Assembly (NCBI GenBank): GCA_044376115.1
Contig: JBILLK010000003.1
Location: forward strand, 224,001 to 288,000
DNA from: Polyangiaceae bacterium
GTDB lineage: Bacteria; Myxococcota_A; Polyangia; Polyangiales; Polyangiaceae
DNA: 64,000 nucleotides
Direction: 5' to 3'
In this document: positions 9,258 through 19,253 of the stretch, piece after piece
Numbering within the stretch: position 1 is the first letter of the stretch
How the letters are laid out: every line of letters starts with the position of its first letter
Program-made: the position numbers and the translations under genes
Notes under the pieces: model-generated
Database searches by the model: none
What the model was told of the DNA's origin: nothing
The model's input: only the letters and a program-made list of their open reading frames with translations

Positions 9258-10925
9258 CTAGCGACGACCCTTTTTGCGAGCGTCGCGTTCGCGCTTGCGT
9301 GCGGACTTCTTGGCGTTCTTCTCCGCCTGCGAGAGCGACTTCATCTTGGTGAGGGACTCTTGCGAGCCGCCCATACCCCCCATGCCGGGGAAGCCGCCCA
9401 TCCCGGGCATACCGGGGAAGCCGCCGGGCATGCCGGGGAAGCCGCCGGGCATACCGGGGAAGCCGCCGGGCATACCGGGGAAGCCGCCGGGCATACCGGG
9501 GAAGCCGCCGGGCATCCCGCCGCCCTGCATCATCTTCTTGGCCCCGCGGGCCATGGCAATTTGCTTCAGCCCCGGGATTTTACCCATCATGCCCATGTTC
9601 TGACCGAGCGAGCTCATCATCTGGCGCATGAACACGAACTTCTGAACCAGCTCATTCACTTGCTCAGGCTTGGTGCCCGAACCTTTGGCAATGCGCTCGG
9701 CTCGCGAGGGTTCACGCACCAAAGCGTAAGGGTCGCGTTTCTCGAAGCGGGTCATCGATTGAATGATCGCCTCGATGCGCACGAGCTCGCGGTCGTCCAG
9801 GTTCACGTTGTCGGGGATGCCGCCGGGCAGCAGTCCGCCGAGCGGTAGCTTGTCCACCAGGTCTTTGAGCGACCCCATCTTTTGGATCATGCGAACGTGC
9901 TCGAGGAAGTCCTCCAGGGTGAAGTCCCCGGTGAGCATGCGCTGCGCGTCTGCTTCGGCCTTCTTCTGATCGACGACCTCCTCGAAGTTTTGCATCAGGC
10001 CGACGACGTCGCCCATCCCGAGGATCCGGCTGGCCATACCCTCCGCCCGAAACTCCTCGAGCTTGTCGGTGGTCTCGCCCATGCCGGTGAAGAGGATGGG
10101 GGCCTGGGTGACCTCCTTCACGGAGAGCGCAGCACCGCCACGCGCATCACCGTCGAGCTTTGTCAGCACGACACCGCTGATCACCAGCTTCTCATGGAAG
10201 GAGCGAGCGGTCTTGACTGCGTCTTGCCCGACCATCGCGTCGACCACCAAGTAGATGTTCTCAGGGGTGGTCTTGCTCTTGATGTCGGACAGCTCTTGCA
10301 TCAACGCTTCATCGATCGCGAGGCGACCGGCGGTGTCGTAGATGATGGTGTCACGACCCAGCTTCTTCGCCTCGGCGGGTGCAGCAGCACAGATCTCGAC
10401 GGGGGATTTGCCCTCGAGGTTGAAGACCGGAATGTTGATGCTCTTGCCCAGCACCTTTAGCTGCTCGACAGCGGCAGGCCGCTGCATGTCGGCCGCGACG
10501 AGCATCGGCTTGCGGCCCTGCTTCTCGAGGTAGCGGGCGAGCTTGGCCGACGAGGTGGTTTTGCCGGAGCCCTGCAGACCAACCATCATGATGCCGGTGA
10601 TGCCCGTGCCAGCGAATTGCACGGCAGGACCTTCGTGCTGCATCAGCGACACGAGTTCGTCGTTGCAGATCTTGATGAAGATGTCGCTGGCGCCAACGGT
10701 GTGCGCCTGACCCTCATGCTTGATTCGATTCTGGTGGGTCTGGCCGATGGCCTTCTCTTTCACCCGGGCGAGGAACGCCTTTACGACGCCAATCTCAACG
10801 TCAGCTTCGAGCAGACTGAGCCGCACTTCGCGCAGCGCGCTGTCGATGTTCTGCTCAGTGAGCTCGGTAAGACCGGCAAGACGATTCCGAGCCTGGCGAA
10901 AACCACGAGAGAGTGTGTCGAACAT
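9258..10925 (-). CDS. ffh: Signal recognition particle protein
   Basis: LLEADV N-domain, [32 protein letters not shown]-domain RIAKGSG. Confidence 0.97.
   Translation of the reverse strand: MFDTLSRGFRQARNRLAGLTELTEQNIDSALREVRLSLLEADVEIGVVKAFLARVKEKAIGQTHQNRIKHEGQAHTVGASDIFIKICNDELVSLMQHEGPAVQFAGTGITGIMMVGLQGSGKTTSSAKLARYLEKQGRKPMLVAADMQRPAAVEQLKVLGKSINIPVFNLEGKSPVEICAAAPAEAKKLGRDTIIYDTAGRLAIDEALMQELSDIKSKTTPENIYLVVDAMVGQDAVKTARSFHEKLVISGVVLTKLDGDARGGAALSVKEVTQAPILFTGMGETTDKLEEFRAEGMASRILGMGDVVGLMQNFEEVVDQKKAEADAQRMLTGDFTLEDFLEHVRMIQKMGSLKDLVDKLPLGGLLPGGIPDNVNLDDRELVRIEAIIQSMTRFEKRDPYALVREPSRAERIAKGSGTKPEQVNELVQKFVFMRQMMSSLGQNMGMMGKIPGLKQIAMARGAKKMMQGGGMPGGFPGMPGGFPGMPGGFPGMPGGFPGMPGGFPGMPGMGGFPGMGGMGGSQESLTKMKSLSQAEKNAKKSARKRERDARKKGRR
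9403..9515. repeat. 21-bp tandem repeat in ffh encoding (GFPGMPG)x5 plus degenerate flanking copies
   Basis: Unit CCGGGCAT(A/G)CCGGGGAAGCCG starts at 9403, 9424, 9445, 9466, 9487; partial at 9508. Confidence 0.95.
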
Positions 10926-11006
10926 GGCCAGCCTTCTTTATCACGTTGGCCGCCAAGATCGCCTTGCTGGATGGGCAAAAACGAAAGTCTCCAGTTCGAC
11001 GCGGGC

Positions 11007-11414
11007 TCAGCCCCCAGTAAGGTCGGCCAAAGCCCTGTTGCAGGCTTCTAGCGTGACGGTCGCCGACTCACGGAGTTCTTCGGAGCTCCGCAAGAGCCGC
11101 ACGGATTCCGCCGGATTTTCGGCCAATTTTCCGCCCTGTGACAGCGACTCGAGTTCGCCGAGGTTGGCAAATAGCTCAGTGCTTACGCGGTAGGCTGCAA
11201 CACATGCGTCCCTCGCCTGGCGCGCCGAGGGCTCCTTGAGTTCGAGCTCGGCCAGCTTCTCGGTCGCCGCACGACGTGCTGCGACTTCATTGGTCGGCAG
11301 TGCGCGAAGCTTCAGCACCTCGCTCTCGACGCGCTGCGCGTCGGTGGGCCCAGTCGTACATTGCGGTGTGACGGCCGCGAGCAGCAGCAGGCACCAGCCG
11401 GGAGATCGGCTCAA
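11007..11414 (-). CDS. Hypothetical exported helical protein (possible lipoprotein)
   Basis: 3' part of ORF 11007..11903. TTG 11414 overlaps the upstream TGA; hydrophobic leader WCLLLLAAVTPQC. Confidence 0.6.
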   Translation of the reverse strand: MSRSPGWCLLLLAAVTPQCTTGPTDAQRVESEVLKLRALPTNEVAARRAATEKLAELELKEPSARQARDACVAAYRVSTELFANLGELESLSQGGKLAENPAESVRLLRSSEELRESATVTLEACNRALADLTGG

Positions 11415-11941
11415 TCGACGGTCTTGGGGGCCGGACCCATCTGAATGCGCTCCCCCAAGTAGGAGCCGATCAGCGTGAACAACACGCCGATGCCAGCCAT
11501 GATCACGTACATGAACGAGGGGAGGATGCGCACGGTCTGCGAGAAAAACAGGAACAAGACCGTCGGAATCGCTACGAAGATCACCGCGATCACCGGCTCG
11601 AGGAAGGTTCGACCTGGTGAGATCATTCCAACTAAAAGTCCGCCGACGAACCACACCGGGATGGTCACCCACATACCGTTGGAGCCCTCGAAGTCGAGGG
11701 CCGTCACGGCCATCGGAAGACCGACGACCAAGGCCGCCGTCAGCACTCCGAGCACGACGAACGAAATCAGGAACCACAAGAAGTTGAAGCCAGCCTGCTG
11801 CCGGCCTTTGAGTTCGGCGCGGGACTTCGGGCCGGCGCCAGACTCCATGGTTGCACCGCACGAAACACATCGAGAAGCGCTCGAGGCGTTCTTGTAGCCG
11901 CACGCAGAACAGAGGGTGGTCTTGGCCGGGGCGTTCGCCAT
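11411..11941 (-). CDS. Zinc-ribbon domain membrane protein
   Basis: CSAC-x10-CVSC at the N-terminus, then about 4 TM helices; start ATG 11941 (MANAPAK). Confidence 0.8.
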   Translation of the reverse strand: MANAPAKTTLCSACGYKNASSASRCVSCGATMESGAGPKSRAELKGRQQAGFNFLWFLISFVVLGVLTAALVVGLPMAVTALDFEGSNGMWVTIPVWFVGGLLVGMISPGRTFLEPVIAVIFVAIPTVLFLFFSQTVRILPSFMYVIMAGIGVLFTLIGSYLGERIQMGPAPKTVD

Positions 11942-12096
11942 GGGCCGAAGGCTAGTGACCGCCGGACGAGCCGGCAAGCTCTTGCATGTCGATGGGTGTC
12001 GCGGGGCCCCTGTACAGGTGTGACGCCCGACCGGTACGGTCGGATCGTGGCACATTCGTTAGGTCGAGCGCCCCGGTGCCGCTATTATTCGGAGCA

Positions 12097-12774
12097 GTGT
12101 CATCTCATCCGTCAGAGGCTTTGCCTCCGGTCCGGCCCTTCGAGGCTGATCCGGAGCTCCTCGCGCTACCAGCACCCCCAAAAAAGGAACGCGCGCTCAC
12201 TGTCGTTCTGATGGTGTTGACGGCTTGTGCGGCCGCTCTCGTGGCCTGGTCTCTTCGCGGCGAGGCCGCGTATGCCTTCAGTTCGGGAGAGCCCGCTGAG
12301 GTCGGTGATTTGGCTGCCTTCCGGCCCGGCGATCAGCTGCGGAATCGCTACGTAAGTGGCGTTGGGAATCTTGGTGCCAGCGGCGCCATCCGCTACGGCC
12401 GCGCCGCAGAAGGTGACTCCTTTCGACTTGCTCCAGTCGCCGGAAATGACCGCCTATGGATTGAGATTCGTGTGCCCGAGGGTTTTGAGGGACCGCGATT
12501 CATCCCGCCGAGCTCGTTCGCAGGTCGACTGGTTCCGCTCAACAAGTCAGGCCTAAGGCACGCAAGCCTGGGTCAGGGCGTTGAGCGAACTGGCGTTTCC
12601 ATCCCCGAGGACGCTTGGATCTTGGTCGACGGCAGTTCGCCGCGCGCTTCGCGCTGGGCGGCGGGACTGTGCGCCCTGTTCATTGGATTTTCGCTTTGGA
12701 ACCTGGTGTCAGTCGTGAGGCTTCTTGGTCGTGTGAAGGACGGAGAGCCAGCTGATCAGGGAGACGCGTCTTGA
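12097..12774 (+). CDS. Hypothetical membrane protein (two TM helices flanking an extracytoplasmic domain)
   Basis: Within ORF 11986..12774; GTG 12097 preceded by TATTAT. Start uncertain. Confidence 0.7.
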   Translation: MSSHPSEALPPVRPFEADPELLALPAPPKKERALTVVLMVLTACAAALVAWSLRGEAAYAFSSGEPAEVGDLAAFRPGDQLRNRYVSGVGNLGASGAIRYGRAAEGDSFRLAPVAGNDRLWIEIRVPEGFEGPRFIPPSSFAGRLVPLNKSGLRHASLGQGVERTGVSIPEDAWILVDGSSPRASRWAAGLCALFIGFSLWNLVSVVRLLGRVKDGEPADQGDAS

Positions 12775-14726
12775 ACAGTTCACCTGCTGCACAGGTAGAA
12801 AAGGTTCTCGAGGACCTGATTGTTCGTTTGACCAAGAGCCCCAGCACCGCGGACGTTCGAGCTGTCTTGATCGAGGCGAAGCGTCTGCGCAACGTAACCA
12901 TGCGTTGGTCGGCGATTCCGCCTCAGCCAGATGCGCGGCGCGAAATGATGGCGCGCGTGATGGATCTGATCGCCCAGATCGGCCTCAACGCGAAGGACCT
13001 GCGAAACACCGAGCCTCCGCCGCTCAATCCACCTTCGCGTCCACCCAAGCGGCCGCCGACCGCTCCGCCGCCGCGCCCGTTATCGCGAGCGGATGTGGCG
13101 CCAACGGTTGAGCCCAAAGTCCCGTCGCCGCGACCGGACCAAGCGCCGAGTTTTCGAAAGTTCGAGGAGCTCGGTCAAACGCGGCCTAGGGCGCTGCGAG
13201 TGCAAGAGTCAGCGGCTCCAAAGACCAGCGGCGTGCCTCACTCGCTGCCGATTTCCCAGAAGCCCACGGTTCCCCCGACCCCAGGTCTCACCGTCCCCGC
13301 AGTGCTCGATCGCCCTCGGGGCGCGGAGGCCATCGCCTCCAAACCGGTGGCGCGCTCGCTAAGTCCGATCCCAGGGCGTTCGCCAAATGTTGACCCGCGC
13401 CCATCCAGTGCCGAGCAACGCTCGATCAGCCCATTGCCCAGCCCGCCACCAATGCGAGCTCAGGTTTCTCCGCCGCCCAAGCCTGGCGGTTCTGGCTTTG
13501 GCCAGCGCGCGCTTTCGCCAATGCCGTTCAAGCGCTCCTCCACCTCCAGTCCGGTTTGGAGGGTAAACCCCACCTCTTCGGAGCCTGTTGCTCGGCCGAA
13601 GTCCGGGCAACACGAGGCCGTCAAGCCACCCTCTGAGCCAACGCCTTCGCACGAAGACGATTTCGCCAAACGCCCAACCGCGACGCTGCAATTCGGGCGG
13701 AACATGTTGAGCGAGGCTCGCACGCCGCAGAGTCCCGGCCTTGAGTCGGAGCCACCGCCTACCAAAGACAACTCGACGTTTCCTCCGCGAAAGCAGGCGC
13801 TTCCGTCAACGCCGCGCGCGCCCCTGTCGACTGCGCCGCCGCCGCTGCGGAACCGTTCTCCGCATCGCGCTGCGACCATCGCCGGCATCCCCGAAGCGAA
13901 CGAGGCGATGATCGCTGCGGCCCTGCGAGGTCGACCGTCGTCGCAACCCGAGCCGTTCGATGAGGTAGCAAAGCGGTCGTCACTGCCGACGTTGACTCCG
14001 CCGCCCATTCCAGCTGCCAGCCTACTGCCTCCGTCGGCGCCTCCGGCTCTTCGTCGGCCCGCGAAGGAGACGCTCCAAATGGGCGCGTTGACTGCAGTGG
14101 AGGCCCTCGAGGCGGTTGGGATTACGCGCTCGCGTTCGCTCCCGCGCGACTTGACGGCCGACGATCACGAGCCTCCTCCGAGCACCAAGCCATCCAACCC
14201 TCCCGAAAGCGACGGTTCAGCGATCGGTATCTTGGCTGCGGCGTCTCCCTCCGGCGATCGCATCGACGGTCTCAGCACCAAAATTTCGCGGACGGATCTA
14301 TCTCCAATCAAGCGGGCCTCGCGGCGTCCACCACCTTCTCGACGAGAGGGGCAGCCCTCGGAGCATGCCCAGCGGCTGCACGTTGCGCCCGGCATCGCCA
14401 TCGTGAAGCCGAGTACGGCGACCTGGCAGCCGCACCCGAAGTTGGCCGGTGTAACGCAGAAGATCGTTCACCGAGACCCGCGGTCGGGTCTCTTCACAGC
14501 GCTATTCAAGCTTGCTCCTGGCGCGCAAGTCCCGCGTCTTCGGCATGCCATGACCGAGGAGGCGTACGTGGTTTCGGGCGTGGCCTCGTTCGATGGTCAG
14601 GACCTCGAGGCCGGCGACTACCTGCGAGCCGAGGCCGAAACCATCCAGCCGACGCTGACGACGAAGCACGGTTGCACGCTTTTCCTCATCGGCTCCGAGC
14701 ACGACGAAGTGCTCGATGAAGGCTGA
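12771..14726 (+). CDS. Pro/Ser-rich disordered protein with C-terminal ChrR-like cupin domain
   Basis: Short helical N-terminus, long P/S/R-rich linker, C-terminal W.P..LAGV..K...D......TALFKLAPGA..P...H...EE.YV.SG cupin pattern; TTGA overlap with the upstream gene. Confidence 0.75.
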   Translation: MNSSPAAQVEKVLEDLIVRLTKSPSTADVRAVLIEAKRLRNVTMRWSAIPPQPDARREMMARVMDLIAQIGLNAKDLRNTEPPPLNPPSRPPKRPPTAPPPRPLSRADVAPTVEPKVPSPRPDQAPSFRKFEELGQTRPRALRVQESAAPKTSGVPHSLPISQKPTVPPTPGLTVPAVLDRPRGAEAIASKPVARSLSPIPGRSPNVDPRPSSAEQRSISPLPSPPPMRAQVSPPPKPGGSGFGQRALSPMPFKRSSTSSPVWRVNPTSSEPVARPKSGQHEAVKPPSEPTPSHEDDFAKRPTATLQFGRNMLSEARTPQSPGLESEPPPTKDNSTFPPRKQALPSTPRAPLSTAPPPLRNRSPHRAATIAGIPEANEAMIAAALRGRPSSQPEPFDEVAKRSSLPTLTPPPIPAASLLPPSAPPALRRPAKETLQMGALTAVEALEAVGITRSRSLPRDLTADDHEPPPSTKPSNPPESDGSAIGILAAASPSGDRIDGLSTKISRTDLSPIKRASRRPPPSRREGQPSEHAQRLHVAPGIAIVKPSTATWQPHPKLAGVTQKIVHRDPRSGLFTALFKLAPGAQVPRLRHAMTEEAYVVSGVASFDGQDLEAGDYLRAEAETIQPTLTTKHGCTLFLIGSEHDEVLDEG

Positions 14727-14773
14727 GCCACGTCGCGCTCGTTGAGTCTTGGCGGATCTGCGAGACTCTCGCG

Positions 14774-15271
14774 ATGGAGTTCATCCTCGTTGGTCTCTTC
14801 GTCGGCGCGCTGAGCGGTAGCTTGGGCATCGGTGGGGCGGTCGTGTTGATTCCCATCCTTACCTTGGCGTTTGGTTTTTCGCAGACGCGCGCGCAAGGAA
14901 CGAGCATCGGTGCGCTGCTTCCGCCAGTTGGTCTTTTCGCGGCCCTTGCCTATTACCGCCAGGGCCTGCTCGATGTGCGTGCCTCTGGGTTGATCGCGCT
15001 AGGCTTTGTGTTCGGTGCTTTGGGCGGCGCCTCGTTGGTTCAATACCTGCCGCAGATCTGGCTCAAGCGAGCCTTTGCCACGCTGCTCATCTACGTTGCG
15101 ACCCAGCTGATTTTTGCAGGTGATCGAAAAATGGGTGCAGTGCTGCCGGGGGTTGTCGCTTCGGTAGGCATATGGGCGGTGTTTCTGCTGAGGCGCGCCT
15201 TGGGAAAGAAGGCGCCTCCACCCAAGCCGCCAGAACCGCCGCCCAGCGATGACATCGACTATGTGATTTGA
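14774..15271 (+). CDS. Half-size TauE/SafE (TSUP) family membrane protein
   Basis: GALSGSLGIGGAVVLIP, AQGTS, GALGG; one TSUP repeat only. Confidence 0.8.
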   Translation: MEFILVGLFVGALSGSLGIGGAVVLIPILTLAFGFSQTRAQGTSIGALLPPVGLFAALAYYRQGLLDVRASGLIALGFVFGALGGASLVQYLPQIWLKRAFATLLIYVATQLIFAGDRKMGAVLPGVVASVGIWAVFLLRRALGKKAPPPKPPEPPPSDDIDYVI

Positions 15272-15298
15272 GGCCCGTCCTCTAGTCTCCGAAACTGG

Positions 15299-18200
15299 AT
15301 GCAACCTAGCGGTCGTCTCGGCGGCAGATTCGAGTTGCTAGCTCAGGCGGGGGCCGGTGCGTCGAGCAAGGTCTACAAGGCTCGGGACTCGCTCGATGGT
15401 GATCGGCTCGTCGCAGTGAAGATGCTCGCCGAGATGTCGGATGAAGCGGTCGAACGTTTTGAACGCGAGGCACGCCTGCTGGCCTCGCTCGATCACCCTG
15501 CGGTCGTTCGCTACATCGCTCACGGCACAACGACCCAGGGGAGTCCTTGGCTTGCCCTCGAATGGTTGGCTGGCTGCACGCTGGCGGAGCGCGTTGATGA
15601 GCGGTTACTTACGGTGCTCGAGGCAGTCAGCCTCGCTCGCTCGATCTTGACTGGCTTGGAGGCGCTGCACGCGCGAGGTGTGGTGCACCGAGACGTAAAA
15701 CCCGCCAACATCATGCTTGTCGAGGGTGAGCCCGCGCGAGCAACGCTGCTCGATCTGGGCGTGGCGCGTTTTCTTCATGCCCAGGTTGAACTGACGATGA
15801 AGGGGCAGCTGATTGGTACGCCCGCGTACCTCGCCCCCGAGCAAGCCCGAGGATCTCGCAGCCTGGATGGCAAGGTCGACATGTTCGCGCTTGGCGTCGT
15901 GCTTCACCGAGCGTTGAGCGGCATGCGGCCGTTCAGCGCGCCCGAGACCCTCGAGCTGCTATTGAAGATCCTCTTTGACGAACCGCCGCGACTGAGCGAG
16001 CTGGTCGCCGACGTTCCGCCGCAGCTCGACGAGCTGTGTGTGGCGCTGCTCGCGAAGAAACCCGAGCAGCGCCCAACGGCAAAGGAGGCTCTCGCTGTGG
16101 TCGTTGCGCTCGAGGCGCAGCTGCGGAAGCAGCCAGCGGCAAAAGTGCCACGTCAAGCCACAGCTCGAGGCGTGGTGCCTGGGCGCGGGCTCTCGCTGGC
16201 AGAACGGAAGACTGTTTGTTTGGCCGTCGCACGCTGCTTCTCCTCGTCGATCGAGGCTGCGCGTTCTGGCGTTGCACGAGCCGAGAAGGAGCTGCGACAG
16301 CATGGCGTCGCACTCAGCCTGCTCGCAGACTGTTCGTTCCTGCTGGCGCCGGAGAACCCTGACAGCGCAAAGGTTGATACGCCCATGTTGGCAGCGCGAG
16401 CCGCTCTGGCCTTCGCTTCATGGGTGCCCGATGCGGCTGTCGCCGTGGCTTCGGTCCGCATGGACTTCGCGGACAATGACCTAGAAAAGACGTTGGGACA
16501 CGCGGCCGAACGCGCGGCTCGCATGCTTACGAGTGGTCCCAATCGCTACCCTCGTATCGATGAGGTGACGCGCGCGCTGCTCGGACAGCGGTTCCGTATC
16601 CAAAGCTCGGGCGACACGAATCTGCTCGTCGGAGAAATTGGTGGACCGACCGAGAGTTTGTCCGCGGGCGATCACGGCGCGCTCGTCGGTCGCGAACGAG
16701 AACTCGCGATCCTGCAGTCGGAGTTCGCGCGCTCGCGCGAGAGCCCGCGGATCTTCGCCCTACTTGGCGATGCCGGCATCGGGAAGTCGCGCCTCGCGAC
16801 CGAGGTCTTGCGCTGGGCGGAAGCCGAGGGACGCATCGTGCACATAGCGCGCGCCGAGCCGATGAGTTCGGGCGCGCCGCTGGCGATGCTCGCGCAGATC
16901 ATCCGCACCTGCGCCAAGATCGATCCGACCGAGCCCAAGCTGAGCCGCCAGAAGAAGCTGACCGTCTGCGTTGCGCGAGCCTTGGGGCGCGAATCGCTGG
17001 TGACGGCAGCGTTCCTCGGCGAGCTTATCGGGACGCGCTTCGATGATGAGGACCTCGCGGAGCTGCGAGCAGCGCGAATCGACGCTCGGCTGATGGGCGA
17101 CCGGATTCAGCGGGCGTTCGCCGAATGGCTCGGGGGCGAGTGCCGACGGCAGCGCGTGCTGCTGCTGCTCGAGGACTTGCATTGGGGCGACGTCGCTTCC
17201 GTTCGTCTGGTCGCCGAAGCTGCCTTTCAACTGGATGGTTCACCGTTGCTAGTGCTGGGGCTGTCGCGGCCCGACGCCCCACGCGAGATCTTGCTCGCAC
17301 TCGGTGGCCTTAGCATCGAGCTGGAGGCGCTCTCGCGGCCCGATGCGCTGCGTCTCGTGCGCGCCGCTTTGGGCGAGTCGACCAGCGAGGAGCTGGCCAA
17401 TCGCGTGGTCGATCGAGCCGAGGGAAACGCGTTATTCCTCGAAGAAATTGTGCGCGCCTGCCGGCAAGGACGAGGGGACGAGCTGCCGGAGGCCGTGTTG
17501 GTGATGATTCAGCACCGGCTCGCGGCGCTGAGTCCAAGCAGTCGACGCTTGATGCGCGCAGCCAGCGTGTTTGGCACGAGGTTTCAAGCCGAAGGGTTGG
17601 CGGTCATGTTGCCTGACGTGGACCCAGCCGCGCTGCGTGCAACGCTCGACGAGCTGGTCCTCCGTGAGGTCCTTGCGCCTGCGTTGGAGTCCGACGAGGC
17701 ACCGTCGAGCAGCTACACATTTCGGCATGCGCTGATTCGTGACGCTGCGTACGCGATGTTGGCCGAGGACGATCGGCGCTTCGCGCATCGCGCTGCAGCG
17801 CAGTGGCTCGAACAATCCGGCGTAGCTAGCCACCGAGCCGTTGCGGCTCACTTCGAACAGGGCGCGCTACAGATGCAGGCTGCAACGGCCTATCGAGGGG
17901 CTTCTCAGCAGGCCCTCGAGGGCAATGACTTTCGCTGTGCGCTCGAGCTTGCAGAGCGCGCCGTTGCGTTGGGCTCGGCGGGAACCGAGCTGGGAGAGTT
18001 GCAATTACTGATGGCTGAGGCGCGGCGATGGTGCGGCGAACACAAGCAGGCAGCTCAAGCGGCAGCCCAAGCGCTTGAGTTGCTCGTGCCGCAGAGCGGC
18101 GCTTGGTACGCGGCGCTTGGCGAGTTGGCCTTGGCTAGCGGTCGCATCGGTCGTGTCGAGGAGCTCGATCGGGTCGTGGAGCTGCTCGGTGCTGCCAGCC

Positions 18201-19225
18201 CACCCACGGACCGACATGCGTTGGCGCGGAGGAGAATCGCGGCCGCGCGCGCTGCGATTCATTTGATCACGGGCGGGCAGCTGGCCAAAGCCATGCCCCT
18301 CTATCGCGAGCTTGAGGAGCACGCTGAAAACGATGACGACGCGGTGAAAGCCCGAGTTCAGCAAACTGGGGCGTTCGTCGCCTTGTTGTCTGGCGATTTG
18401 TTTGGCTACCTGGTGCGCATGGTCGCGGCCACCGCTGCGTTCGAGCGCGCTGGGGATCTGCGCGAGGCGGCCATTCAACGCGTCAACGTCGGTAATGCCA
18501 GCCTTCAGTTGGGCATGGCGGAACACGCCGAGGTCGCCCTCACGGCGGCCCTCTCAGCGGGCAAACAAATGCGCCTGAGCAATGTCGTCGCCTATGCCGA
18601 GCACAACCTCGGCATTCTTCGTGCGCGGTGCGGTGCGCCTCATGAGGGACTCGAGCTGGAGGAACGTGCGCGCGAGGCCTTCGCCGCACAAGGCGACCGC
18701 CGAATGGAGGGCGTCGCTCGCATTTATTCAGCTCAGATCCTGCTGCTGCTCGATCGTTTTGGAGACGCGATTGACGAGGCAAAGCTCGCCCTGGAGCTCC
18801 TCGAGCAGAGCCTGCCGGCCAAAGCGTGCGCGTTGGCCACCAAGGCGGCTGCACTGTTGGCTGCTGCGCGCGCAGCCAAACCCTTCGAGCGAGCGGCAAG
18901 GAACGCAGAAGCCCTGCAAGTAGCGCTCTCGGCCCAGGAGATCCTCGATCAGCTTGGCGCACTCGAGGAGGGAGAATTTTTGGTACGAACCACGCTGGTG
19001 GAGGCGTTGCTGGTCTCCGAGCGAACCGCCGAGGCTACCGCTGCGGCTCAGGTTGCGCGGGCGCGTCTGCTCGAACGCGCGCTACGTATCGTGGACCCCA
19101 TCGCGAGGGAGCGGTTCATTTCCCAGGTGCCGGAGAACGCGCGCGCTCTCGAATTGACCGACGTACTTCAGGAGCTCGGCATGCCGACGCTACGTGACCC
19201 AATGTCTCGGCCGCGTAAGGTCTAA
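15299..19225 (+). CDS. Ser/Thr kinase + degenerate cyclase-like region + P-loop ATPase (AAA_16/STAND-like) + TPR
   Basis: VAVK, HRDVKPAN, DLG, APE; VGRERE, Walker A GDAGIGKS, Walker B LLLLEDLHW, GNALFLEE, FRHALIRDAAY; TPR C-terminus. Confidence 0.9.
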   Translation: MQPSGRLGGRFELLAQAGAGASSKVYKARDSLDGDRLVAVKMLAEMSDEAVERFEREARLLASLDHPAVVRYIAHGTTTQGSPWLALEWLAGCTLAERVDERLLTVLEAVSLARSILTGLEALHARGVVHRDVKPANIMLVEGEPARATLLDLGVARFLHAQVELTMKGQLIGTPAYLAPEQARGSRSLDGKVDMFALGVVLHRALSGMRPFSAPETLELLLKILFDEPPRLSELVADVPPQLDELCVALLAKKPEQRPTAKEALAVVVALEAQLRKQPAAKVPRQATARGVVPGRGLSLAERKTVCLAVARCFSSSIEAARSGVARAEKELRQHGVALSLLADCSFLLAPENPDSAKVDTPMLAARAALAFASWVPDAAVAVASVRMDFADNDLEKTLGHAAERAARMLTSGPNRYPRIDEVTRALLGQRFRIQSSGDTNLLVGEIGGPTESLSAGDHGALVGRERELAILQSEFARSRESPRIFALLGDAGIGKSRLATEVLRWAEAEGRIVHIARAEPMSSGAPLAMLAQIIRTCAKIDPTEPKLSRQKKLTVCVARALGRESLVTAAFLGELIGTRFDDEDLAELRAARIDARLMGDRIQRAFAEWLGGECRRQRVLLLLEDLHWGDVASVRLVAEAAFQLDGSPLLVLGLSRPDAPREILLALGGLSIELEALSRPDALRLVRAALGESTSEELANRVVDRAEGNALFLEEIVRACRQGRGDELPEAVLVMIQHRLAALSPSSRRLMRAASVFGTRFQAEGLAVMLPDVDPAALRATLDELVLREVLAPALESDEAPSSSYTFRHALIRDAAYAMLAEDDRRFAHRAAAQWLEQSGVASHRAVAAHFEQGALQMQAATAYRGASQQALEGNDFRCALELAERAVALGSAGTELGELQLLMAEARRWCGEHKQAAQAAAQALELLVPQSGAWYAALGELALASGRIGRVEELDRVVELLGAASPPTDRHALARRRIAAARAAIHLITGGQLAKAMPLYRELEEHAENDDDAVKARVQQTGAFVALLSGDLFGYLVRMVAATAAFERAGDLREAAIQRVNVGNASLQLGMAEHAEVALTAALSAGKQMRLSNVVAYAEHNLGILRARCGAPHEGLELEERAREAFAAQGDRRMEGVARIYSAQILLLLDRFGDAIDEAKLALELLEQSLPAKACALATKAAALLAAARAAKPFERAARNAEALQVALSAQEILDQLGALEEGEFLVRTTLVEALLVSERTAEATAAAQVARARLLERALRIVDPIARERFISQVPENARALELTDVLQELGMPTLRDPMSRPRKV

Positions 19226-19231
19226 CGCTTT

Positions 19232-19252
19232 CGTTCGCGCGTGCGCGGAACG
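19232..19252. terminator. Hairpin between convergent genes
   Basis: CGTTCGCGC-GT-GCGCGGAACG in the 28-nt gap between two stop codons. Confidence 0.4.
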
Positions 19253-19253
19253 C

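Noticed and set aside
9403..9515. Regularly spaced repeats as a CRISPR array
   Set aside because: No spacers; in-frame coding tandem repeat; no cas genes.
10926..11006. Possible SRP RNA (ffs) next to ffh
   Set aside because: No conserved SRP helix-8 CAGG...GGAA...AGCA motif seen.
11415..11903. Upstream part of ORF 11007..11903
   Set aside because: Alternative frame of the zinc-ribbon gene; only the part from TTG 11414 looks coding.
12048..12062. TGGCACA-N4-TTAG as a sigma54 promoter
   Set aside because: The -12 GC is missing, and a TATTAT box better explains the downstream start.
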